Of a stretch of 64,000 bases of DNA, positions 50,581-61,579 are shown one piece after another. Under the pieces are notes generated by a model that made no database searches, was not told the origin of the DNA, and was given only the letters and a program-made list of their open reading frames with translations. Position numbers and translations under genes: made by a program. The stretch's first letter is position 1. Every line of letters starts with the position of its first letter. Origin of the DNA: Sphyrna mokarran (taxonomy: Eukaryota); assembly GCA_024679065.1 (NCBI GenBank), contig JAGIQG010000014.1:44888001-44952000 (forward strand), in the 5' to 3' direction.

Positions 50581-50839
50581 GCTGACAGAACAAGGTCTCA
50601 CATTTCAATGTTACACCTGAAAGAGGCATCTTTAACTGCAACAATTCTATTACCAGTAGAGTTTATGTCTGGCAAACCAGTCCATGTTAAGTTATCTAAT
50701 CTTGTCTTTTCTACTTTCTCAGAAACTAGGGAGCAACTTTTAAAATAGCAAGAAAAGTTGACCAATATACACAATAGCAATGCAGGTACAGAATTGCCAA
50801 TTTTACACTTGGGAAAACAAGTTTGCATCCAAAAGGTGC

Positions 50840-51245
50840 ACGGCTTGAGTTGGTTTTGTTGGAGCAGAGAAGACTGAAAAGTAATCCAATCAAAGTGTAC
50901 AAGATTTTGAGAGACATGGACAGAGTGGATGAGGAGCAGCTCTTCCCCTTAGTTGGAGTCAATCACAAGGGCACATAGGTGAGGGGCAGGAAGTTTAGGT
51001 GGATGGAAGGATAAATTTTTTTATCCAGAGAGTGCTGATGGTCTAGAATGCACTGGCTGGTACGGTGGTAGAGGTGGATTGCCTCATGTCCTTCAAAAAG
51101 TATCTGGATGAACACTTGGCACATCATAACATTCAGGGTTATGCGCCAAGTGTTGGCAGATTAAATGAGATGGGAATTCAGTTGTTTCTAATGTGTCGGT
51201 GAAGACTTGTTGGGCCGAATTACCTCTTCTGCACTCTATGAATGA
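50840..51245 (+). mobile_element. CR1 3' fragment with HE1-like tail
   Basis: ttttgttggagcagagaagactg...tttatccagagagtg...; tail gtcggtgaagacttgttgggccgaattacctcttctgcactctatga. Confidence 0.8.
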
Positions 51246-51823
51246 TAACTCCACAGATCAGCATGAGCAATTAAAGAAATCAGGTTACCTTTACAAAATG
51301 TGGATATACTAGCAAATTACCTCTACACTTTAGAAGCTCTTGGTTTCATCAGTTCTATACACTTGTGTAATCATAACTGTACAGGAACATGTAAATAATC
51401 ATACCTCTATGTAAGAGGAGAAGTACCTTTTAAAAAAAAGAGGTCGTTGTAATATATTTTTAAGGATTATCAGAATTACATCAGTAGAAGAGAAATGTGT
51501 CATATGATCGATACACAGCTCTGATGTCTTTAATCCTTATACCTACACAAGAATGTGTCCATGTAGCTAGTCTTAATAAATGAACCCACAGAGTGCTTCC
51601 CAAATTCCTTATGAGCAATGTCTTGTGTCTTGTATAGTAAATAAGCACAAGGATTATATCATTATAATAGCATATTTAATAACACATTATAATAACACTT
51701 GAAAGTGTGCCTCCATTTCGAGGTGCCCTTATGGTCTACAATCTTGGTCAGCATCATGCAAATCCTCTGGCTTGATTTCACTGAGGGTCCTCTGATTGGG
51801 CTTCCCATGTCACTGGTCTGCAG

Positions 51824-52267
51824 TGATGTGAAGATGCTGGCGTTGGACTGGGGTAAGCACAGTATGAAGTCTCACAAGACCAGGTTAAAGGCCAACAAGT
51901 TTATTTGGCACCACAAGTTTTCGGAGCCTCAAGCTCCTTCTTCAGGTGAGTGAGGACTTGCACTCACAGAGCACAGAAAGACACAAACACATTTTACAAG
52001 ATAAGGGTTGAAATGTGAGTCTTTACAAGTAATCAGACAGTGTGAGTGGGAGAAGGCTGAGTTAAAGAGGTGTGTATTGGCTCCAGCCAGGAGAGTTAGT
52101 GAGATTTTGCAAGCCCAGGCAAGTCATGGAGGTTACAGATAGTATGACATGAATCCAAGATCCTGGTTGAGGCCATCCTCATGTGTGCGGAACTTGGCTA
52201 TCAGTTTCTATTCAGCGATTCTGCATTGTTGTGTGTCGTGACGGCTGCTTTGGAGAACACTTATCCG
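51824..52267 (-). mobile_element. Penelope-like element 3' fragment (GIY-YIG C-terminus + terminal repeat)
   Basis: Minus strand RISVLQ...QQCRIAE*KLIAKFRTHEDGLNQDLGFMSYYL* (E..LI..F.T...GLN, end of PLE endonuclease), then hammerhead motif and AATAAA. Confidence 0.85.
51909..51950 (-). ncRNA. Minimal type I hammerhead ribozyme motif (degenerate), PLE-associated
   Basis: Minus strand CAC-CTGAAGA-A-GGAGC-TTGAG-GCTCC-GAAA-ACTT-GTG: CUGANGA core, perfect 5-bp stem II, GAAA, short CAC/GTG stem I. Confidence 0.7.
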
Positions 52268-52269
52268 CA

Positions 52270-52800
52270 GGCCATCCTGAATTGGATGGGGTTTTCTGCT
52301 CTGAGAATTCATTGACTGTCTGTTTTATCGCTGGGTTTTCAGCTGCACTGCCTGGAGCGAAAGAGATAGCAACGAAAAGCTGGTTTCCTTCCCATTCAAT
52401 GTACTTTGACCTGAAATTGTTGAGCGTAGGTTGATATCTGCAGCTTAATGCATCATATGTTTCTGAAGTGACGAGATGTTTCTCTGTAGAAAATGAAGTA
52501 TTATTTTGAATACAGTCTGATGCTTAGAGAAAAAAAAACACGCCGTCAAAGACAACCTATTTCTCCTTGAATTAGTGCCAGTAAATCAATGATTGACATT
52601 CATGCAGTTTGTCAATTATCAGGAACAGCTAAATTTTAGCATTAGATTCAGAACTGACGACAGTTTGATGCCTGGAGCTTTCGTAGATTTACAGCCAAAG
52701 GTCAAGATTTCCTTTTGCCTTAAAATGTTGAATCCTCTGTGGCATTCTGTTGCAAAACAATGAGCATAATCACACAAACACCTTTATAAATTGACAGGTA
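52270..52800. promoter_or_regulatory. Candidate conserved enhancer with TALE/Hox and nuclear-receptor motifs
   Basis: GTAAATCA (52581-52588) next to TGATTGACA (52590-52598); TGTACTTTGACCT DR1 (52400-52412); AAAGGTCA (52697-52704); non-repetitive with retained CpGs. Confidence 0.4.
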
Positions 52801-52983
52801 TTTGGCATTGGATACCAACTCAGGTGTGGTGCAGCGCTGTTCAGAATTTATCTTATGTGCCATGATGTATTGAATGGACATTAAAGTAACAATCAATAAG
52901 GAAATAATGTCACTAATATAAATCTTATAGTGCCAAAAGATTCATGTTACTATTTGATCCAGGAGAATATCTGAATTTTGTAA

Positions 52984-53889
52984 AACATAGAACATAGAAT
53001 ACGACAGCACAAACAGGCCCTTTGTCCCACAAGTTGCGCTTATCATATCCATACTTATCAGGCCATAGAACTATCTATAAATCCCAATCCCATTCAATCC
53101 AATGTACTCATCCAGAATTCTTTTAAAAGACCCCAGCGAGTTTGCCTGTACAACCACCGATGGCAACCGATTCCACTCGCTCACCACTCTCTGAGTGAAA
53201 AACTTGCCCCTAACATCTCCTCTGTACCTACTCCCCAGCACCTTAAAGCTGTATCTTCTCATAGCGACCATTTCAGCTCAGGGAAATAGCCTCCGAGATT
53301 CCACCCTACCCATACCTCTCAACATTTTATAAACCTCTATCAGGTCGCCTCTCAACCTTCGTCTCTCTAGGGAGAAAAGACCTACTCCTTCAACCTATTT
53401 TCATAATGCATGCCTCCCAATCCAGGCAACATTCTTGTAAATCTCCTCTGCACTCTGTCAATAGCTTCCACATCCTTCCTGTAGTGAGGTGACTAGAACT
53501 GCGCACAGTACTCCAAATGGGGTCTGACAAGGTCTTATAAAATTGGAGCATTACCTCCTGACTCCTAAACTCAATCCCTCGATTAATGAAGGGTGGTACA
53601 CCATACGCCTTCTTGACCACATCCTCCACCTGTGAGGCCGATTTAAGAGTCCTATGGACCTGGACCCCAAGGTCCTTCTGCTCCTCAACACTGCTAAGAC
53701 TCCTACCCTTGATATTGTACTCCATCATCCCATTGGACCTGCCAAAATGGACCACTACACATTTATCCACATTGAAGTCCATCTGCCACTTCTTCTCCCA
53801 GTAATGCATCCTATCTATGTCACGCTGCAACTTCTGACATCCCTCCAGACTATCCACAACATCACCAACTTTCATGTCGGTGGTGAACT
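52984..53889 (-). mobile_element. CR1 LINE 3' part
   Basis: ORFs 53390-53875 (KVGDVVDSLEGCQKLQRDIDR...) and 53071-53271 (RGKFFTQRVVSEWNRLP); tail reads tagaaca repeats on +. Confidence 0.92.
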
Positions 53890-54169
53890 AAAAGGTATGT
53901 AGTCTGTAAATTCTAAAATATTCTATAATTTTGGAATATAAACCAATCAGGAAACAAAATAATATTTTAAAGGAAGAGACCTGTAGTTCTGGAACTCTAT
54001 TTATACTGCAAAGCAGCTTCTGCAGACCTGTGACTCAATGTTAGATCTTTATGACTGGTTATTATTTCTCATTATCATAAAAATGAATTGTTTCCATTTG
54101 CCAAACTATTTCTTCACCACCAAAACTGTCGTCCTTTAACAGTTGCAATATTTAATTTATAAAACACAA

Positions 54170-54527
54170 TTTAAAAAATTGTTCAGTGGATGTGGGTGTT
54201 GATTACTGGACCAACATTTATTGACCATCCCTAATTGCCCTAGAATTAAATGCTCAGCCATTTCAGAATCATCACATTGCTGTTGGTCTGGAGTTACATG
54301 TAGGCCAGACCAAGTAATGGTGGCAGATTTCCGTCCCAAAAGAACATTAGCAAATCAGATGGGTTTTTACAACAATGGGACCATTGTCATCATTAGATTT
54401 TTAATTCCAAATTTTTACTGAATTCAAATTTCACCATCTGCCATGATGGGATTCTAACACAGGTCCCAAAGCATTACACTGCATCTCTGGGTTACTAGTG
54501 ACAATACCACTACACCATCATCTCCCC
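54170..54527 (-). mobile_element. tRNA-derived SINE, family 2
   Basis: Same blocks as the 47320 copy; a 5' fragment also lies at ~56272-56436. Confidence 0.85.
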
Positions 54528-55344
54528 ATGAGTGGCATCATTTTGAGACATAATTCTTCACTAAGAGAAATATTTTGCAGATTATCATTTGTTGGAGTGA
54601 GTCAATAATGAGTATTTTCTTCAATATTTGCTTTTTTCTCTATTGTGCTTCTCAGTTTATCTCACATTCAACTGGAAAGTACACATGCATCAGAAAGCAA
54701 GAATATTCACTTGAGTTTGCACAACAAAAACTCTGTGGGGTAATTTGACCACTGGGACAGTTTGGGGGAGGGGGGGGATGGAAATAATATGACATTAAAA
54801 ATTTCAAAAGGCAAACTAAATTCCATTTCTAATGCACCAAATTGCAGCTTTAATGGAGATGGTTAGGGATAGGATGGCCAACCCACTCTTAGGAGTCAAG
54901 TGGATCACTAAAATCTTTCAAGCAGGTTGCATGCCTCCACTTTAGCTGATGCTTATTGTTAATAACTGCAGGTTGTGATTCTCAGCTGATGAAATGAGGT
55001 GAGCAGGGTCAGCTCCATGAGGTCAATGATGTAATTGCATGGCTTGTGGGCTGGGAGAAGGACTACTTCTATTCAACAAAGCTTATCTCTTAAACACCCT
55101 GATGGGACCTCTGCAAACCACCCCCATCCTAATGTTCAACTTCTCCCCATCATGTCCTTTTTATCCCCTCATCATGACGACATCCCTCACCAGCCATCCA
55201 AAATACTCAGTTCTTCATCCCACCCACCTATGTAAAATTTCATTCACCCTCTCCTGTATATCATTCTCATGCCCCCATGCCAAAGTTATCTCAATTTCAA
55301 AACATATGATGTGTATTCCCTTGCCTTGTTAGCCTTCCAAAACA

Positions 55345-55684
55345 AATCACAGAATCCCCACGGTGTAGAAGGAGGCCTTTTGCCCAATTGAGTTTGCACC
55401 AATTCTCTGGCAGAGCATTTTACCAGGCCCTATCTCCTGCCCTATCCCCGTAACCCAACACATTTACTATGGCTAATCCATCTAACCTACACATGTTGGA
55501 ACACTAAGGGGTAATTTACCATGGTCAATCCATCTAATCTTCGCATCGTTAGAAAGCAGAGTGCCCAGAGGGAACCCATGCAAACATGCAGAGAACACGC
55601 AAACTCCACACAATCAAGAGTTAAAACTGGATCCCTGGCGATGTGAGGCATCAAGTGATAACCACTTGTGCTATATGCTGCCCT
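55345..55684 (-). mobile_element. HE1-type V-SINE
   Basis: atcacagaatccccacggtgtagaaggaggcc...gcaaactccacaca...gctatatgctgccc is the reverse complement of the HE1 layout. Confidence 0.88.
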
Positions 55685-56764
55685 CACATTTCACCTCATA
55701 CTTTTCCGAATTGATCTCAGTTTGTTACTGTTCCACTCATTTGACTATTGCATTGATAGCTCCTTGTAGTTTACAGTTTTTTTTTCTTAATTTCCAACAC
55801 ACAGTCAATTTTTGTATTCTCTGCAAATGTCTTAATCATCTACAATCAATACTAAATCAGTTCAGACAGCCAATATTGACTACACTACCTTCATGTTAGT
55901 TCCTCAAAAAACTCTATCTTGTTGGTCCGATGTATGTTACCCGTGAGGTTGCAAATGCCATAATAATACAAATTAAGCAACTATAAATGGACGCTGCTTT
56001 TGAATTAACTTTCCATCAGAATAATGTGCTTCTTAAACTAAGATAAACAACTTAAGCGATGGTGTAGTGACACATTGCAAAACAATATTTAACATTTCCA
56101 AAACAACAATGTTACAGAACTGAAACAATTATAAACAAAAGCATGCAATCTGAAACAAATCAGTGAGTTTATGTATAAAAGTCTGTTTTATATCAAACTT
56201 AGTGTAAATATATTAAGGTTCTCTGAAATAATAATCCAGCAAATTAATCACCAATTTATATTACTAATCACAGGACATTAATGAACCAATGGATTTTTAC
56301 AACACTGCTTTTATGGTGATCTTTAGATTGTTATTCCAGATTTTTATGGAATTCAAATTTCACCATCTGCAGCAGTGGGAGTAGAATCTGAGTCCCTAGA
56401 TTATTAGTCTGGTGACAATACCACAATGCCACCACATGTTCTAGTTTCCTCAACTATCAAGGCATAAACAGCTTTTATTAGCTGGAAAAGCAAGAAAGCA
56501 GCAGTGAAAAAGGTTATCAGAGTGACAGAAAAGGAGTTTTGGTAAGTGAAATTAAAGTTTAAAACAGTGCAGTTTGGAGCAGATGTCATACTAAACATAC
56601 TTTAATAACTTCAAAAGAAGTTTCATGCAGGAGAAAAATGGATATTTAAGACAATCAGTCAGAATTACGAAAAATAGCCGATGAAATTGGGTTCCATCAT
56701 GCCAGTGGTGATAATGTATGTGGAACAAGTAAATTGGAATGATGTTGACTAGCATGCTTTCAAA

Positions 56765-58010
56765 GAACGAAGGAAGTACAGTACAGGAACAGGTCCTTTG
56801 GCCCTCCAAGCCCATACCGATCATGATACCCAAACTAAACTAAGAAAAAACTTTCTGCCCTTTACTCAGTTTGTATCTTTCTATTTCCTCCTAATAAATG
56901 TACCCTTTCAGATATCTCTTAAATGTAACTAATATGCCTGCTTCCACCATCATTTCTGGCAGTGCATTCCAGGCACCCACCACTTTCTGTGTGAAAAACT
57001 TTCCCTGCACATCTCCCTTAAACATCCCCCCCTTCACCTTGAACTTGTGCCCCCTTGTAATTGACACTTCCAACCTAGGAAATTGCCTCTGACCATCTAT
57101 CTTGTCTATGCCACTTATAATTTGTAGACCTCTATCAGGTCTTCCCTGCGTCTTTCCAGTGAAAACAATTCTAGTTTATTTAGCCTCTCCCCGTAGTCCA
57201 CATCCTCGCAACCAGGCAATATCCTGGTGAACCTTCTTTGCATCCTCTCCAAAGCTACCACGTCCTTCTGGTAGTGTAGTGACGAGAGCTGCACACAATA
57301 CTCCAAATGCGGCTGAACCAAGGTTTAATATAGCTGCAACATGGTTTCCCAAATCTTGTATTCAGTGCCCTGGCTGATGAAGGCAAGCATGCCACTTACC
57401 TTCTTAGTCACCTTGCTATTTTTAGGGAACTTTGGCTCCACACACCCAGATTCCTCTGTATGATGTTCTTAAGAATTCTACCATTTGCACTTAAATTTGA
57501 TCCTCCAAAATGCATGACCTCGCATTTGTCCAGATTAACATCTGCCATTTCTGCATCCAAGTCTCCAATCTATCTATATCCTATTGAATCTTTAATTCCC
57601 GGCACTATCAGCAACTCCACCAATCTTTGTGTCAACTGCAAACTTACTAATCAGGCCACCCACATGTTCCTCCAGATCGGTTATATATACAGCAAACAAC
57701 AGAGGTCCCAGCACTGATCCCTGTGGAACACCACTAGCTTCAGATCTCCATTCTGAGTTTAGTGTTTACTTATTAATGTCACAGGTAGGCAATGAAGTTA
57801 CTGTGAAAATCACCTAGTCTTCCACCGCTGCTCTGTTTCCTATAACAAAGTCATTTCTGTATTCATCTAGTCAACCCATCCTGAATCCCATATGATTTTA
57901 GTTTTTGTACCAGTCTGCCATGTGGGACTTTGTCAAATGCCATACTAAAGTCCATCTAAACTATATCTACAGCCCTTCCCTCATCAGTTATCTTTTTCAA
58001 TTCATCAAAT
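56765..58010 (-). mobile_element. CR1 LINE 3' half, decayed, with a short SINE-tail insertion (~57755-57820)
   Basis: Minus ORFs TRGHKFKVKGGMFKGDVQGKFFTQKVVGAWNALP and VQPHLEYCVQ...RRFTRILPG; agcactgatccctgtggaacacc is the reverse complement of GVPQGSV. Confidence 0.9.
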
Positions 58011-59330
58011 CAGTGATACAAGAGCTCAAATTCTGCAAATAAAATGGTCCTTAAAGCATTCTGCAATCCCCTACATCCCCCGTTCACCCACCCTCCCCAA
58101 AACAAACACACCACAATATTTTATGTATCATCTTTTTTTAAGGCAACTGTTACCTGGTAAGGACATTACTTTGAAAACTCAAATAAGAGATATGGTTCAC
58201 ACCATAGAATTGAATTGCTCTTGGAAGCATATAGCTGAATCATACACAAACCAGATGACCTCAGGTTTAATTTGAGCTGGATTTTCTTAGCTGATCCCAC
58301 TAGATATGGTAGCAATGGCACTGCAGTTATATTTTGCTCTGAGTTAGGGAAGAGTTCTTATTCATAGTAGCCTTTTAGCAACTTTTGCTAGAAAGTGTGC
58401 CTATTGAGGTGCTTACAGGTAACAATATTAAACTAATCTGTGATGACCTGCCAGCACTTACCGCCTGGAAGCACAGATGTAATACAATCATTTGGTTGAG
58501 ATATTAGACTGCATACTACCCCTATGAATCGAAGAGCCAACAAATCCAAAAGAACATGAGGAGAACAGCAGGGAGACAAAAAAGAGTCATCATTTTTCAT
58601 AACATTTGCAGTCCAAAATCATTAATTATGTTCTGATGAAGAAAATTACATATCTGATACATGGATAGTCATAGAATCTAGGAAAATAAATTCTCATGTC
58701 CAGTATTGGACATAACTGAATCCTTAGTGCTTTCAGTATGTACTATAATAGGTTTTGAGATTTCATCTATCTTGTTGGTCTTTGCGTCAATCCTGACTCC
58801 AGATGTCTTTCTTCCTTTCCCCAGCTGTCTTTGCAGCAATTCTGACTCCTGTCATCAGCTGCCACACAATTCCTGGTGTGTGTTTCACAGCATCAGGCTC
58901 CCTCTGCGTCACTGTTCACTGCCAATTTGTATCTTGCAGCCCAATTGTAAGTCATGGAGAGTGACAGGCTAGCAGATCCCAATAAAAAATGGAAACAAGT
59001 AGGAAAGAAAGCCTGTTGGAGGCATATTGTAACTTAACTTTTAAAATTCTGTTCAAAGATTTCTAAAGAGTAGAAAAAATGGATTTTAGTTTCAATACAG
59101 AATTAATGAAATCGGTAAAAAATAAGCAATTAGAAATAGAATGCCATGAAATTTTTGCATTTCAAACTGCATCCTTTAAAATTGCATTTGTATACTACAG
59201 GACTGGGTGGGGGGGAGCTGTAAGTATTGAAATTTATGGTAAGATTCAGGCAGCCAAGTACGGCAGAGTGTCAAATACACCCAATGTCGTCCATTTGAGG
59301 CCTGGGCTACTTTAACTCTCAGGCCTCATT

Positions 59331-59640
59331 TAGGGGCGGCACAGTGGCACAGCGATTAACATTACTGTCTCACAGCACCAGAGACCTAGGCTCGATTCCT
59401 GGCTTAGGCCACTGTCTGTGTGGACTTTGCACTTTCTCCTTGTGTCCATGTGCGTTTCCTACAGGTGCTCTGGTTTCCTCTCACAGTCTGAAAAATGTGC
59501 TGGTTAGGTGCAGTGGCCATGCTAAATTCTCCCTCAGTGTACCCAATAAGCTGGAGTATGGCGACTGGGACTTTTCTCAGTAACTTCATTGCAGTGTTAA
59601 TGTAAGCCTATTTGTAGCTCTAATAAATAAATAAAATAAA
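59331..59640 (+). mobile_element. V-SINE with HE1 head/core but alternative tail
   Basis: HE1-like up to ggccatgctaaattctccctcagtgt, then gctggagtatggcgactggg...gtaacttcattgcagtgttaatgtaagccta...taataaataaataaa. Confidence 0.85.
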
Positions 59641-59654
59641 CTAATATTTTGATT

Positions 59655-61400
59655 AGAGGGCTGCCCTCCAATCAAGTACAAAATTAAGTATAAACTAATT
59701 TGAGCCATGTTAGGAAACCAGCAGTAATTTGCTGATTTCACATCTAACTCCAGCACATTCAATAATCAGTGAGATACCCCCCTGGACAAGTTGGTCTGCT
59801 AATACAATATGCTAAAACGCAATTGAGCATATTTTTAAATTTGTATTTTGAATTTTAGTTCTAGGACATGCATTTCCCAGGCTATATGGGCTCAATAGGT
59901 GGAACAAGGCGATGGATTGACAGGATTATGCAATTGATAGGCTGGAAAGCCTTTAAATTAGGGAAACTGAGATATGATTGCAGTTTCTTTGCCTACGTGA
60001 AAGGGTGGTTTTACTCACAGTCCTTGTTCTGAGGGTCTGTTTTGGAGGCAAGTTCCAGGATTTGGGACATCATTTTCATTACCTTGGAGTTTTGTTGTTA
60101 TCAGCCTGCAGAGTAGCTTATGCAGCTTGACCTTGGACTTCCGATAAGGAAGAGGAGGACCAGTAGCAGCAACAACTGCAGGATGTGGGGTAACACCAAT
60201 AGGAGCAGCATCAGCCATCTGCTGGGATACCTTTGCTCTACAGGGTAGAAGGGATGAACACAGAACCAGACAGACAGACACAATTAGCTTCCCAAATAAG
60301 ACTGAGCACCAGTGCCTTAGGAGGCTCAAACTTACACATCATTTCATCACTGACATCTGCAACCTCCTGGATGAAGATTTCTTTAAAATGGACCTGCATT
60401 ACCAGTGATGGCCAAAGTCACCACAATTTGCAGTTTCTTCACTTCTGATTCTTTCCAGGCTGTACAATCTCACAATTAGCTGTGCACGACTGGCATGTTT
60501 GTTGTTGTTGCCACTTACATCCACTTTGCTGTTGTTGAAGGCAATCAGGATAAAAGAGCCTTTGAACTTGCTGCTGAGGCTGAATTTCCACAAACACAAG
60601 GAAGCATAGATTACACCCATCTGGCAATCAATGTCCCCTCAAATCAACCATCTGAATTCCATTACATTAGTTGTAGCTGAAAGATGATCTTGTATCTATA
60701 TGGAACGTACCCAGGAAATTGTCTGAGGGCTATATTTTGCATCAGTTTAAGTCACCCTATTTGCAAAGTCATTGGGTAGCTCATTGGAGACACAGATTAC
60801 CCCTTAGTTTGTGGCTGTGAGGAGATTTACCACCAACATTGAGGAAGAAGGTAACAGAAGTCATACAAGCACAAGAGCAGTTAAGAACTAGCCATTGGGA
60901 TGCTGATGTTGCAACTCAGGTGCCCAGACAGGTCTATAAACAGTCTTCAGTAAACACAACCAGGACATCTGGAATGATGGTCTGCTGCACCTTTCATGAC
61001 ATAGCACAACAGAGAGGACTGTAACAGGAAGAACGGGAAGATAATGACTATTGTACATTTTTGGAAGAGGCCAAGGAAGAGCAACAAGACAAGGAAGATG
61101 GAGCCTGGGTATCCGCAGCCACTCATTTAGCTGACAGTGATGAACAGGATGGTCTTATTCAGGTACATTTCAGTTAATCTGAGGCAATGAAACTAGCTTG
61201 CACATCAGTGATGAATATACCTACCTAAAGCATTCCTGCAAATCAACCAATCTATCTCTCTTGCTAACAGCCATTGCTCATCTTTTACTCTTTCTTTGAG
61301 GCTAAAGTCCAGCCGACTGGCAATAATTGGGATGACTGGATGATCAACCTTCAAAATAAAGTTTATGGTGCATAAAAATTGGAAATAAAGGAGTAATAGT
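59655..61400 (+). mobile_element. Harbinger relic with decayed transposase (~60240-61180)
   Basis: TEHQCLRRLKL..ITDICNLL; LPVMAKVT..FFTSDSFQ; AEFPQTQGSIDYTHLAINVP; YPGN; VCCTFHDIAQQRG; acidic tail. Confidence 0.8.
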
Positions 61401-61579
61401 GCTGAACATCTTAATTATTTCAATTTCCTTGTTACTCCTTGACCAGGGATTACACACACATTATGCTATTCTTTCAGTTTCAGCAGAACTAGAGAAAATT
61501 TCCCTTGCTTTGACTGCTCAGATGCTTGTGGCTAACAGTTTCTGCGTTTGGAGTTTGTGAGGGCCTGGCTAAAGACTGC

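Noticed and set aside
58630-58665. Second hammerhead-like start (ttctgatgaag)
   Set aside because: No stem II and no correctly placed GAAA.
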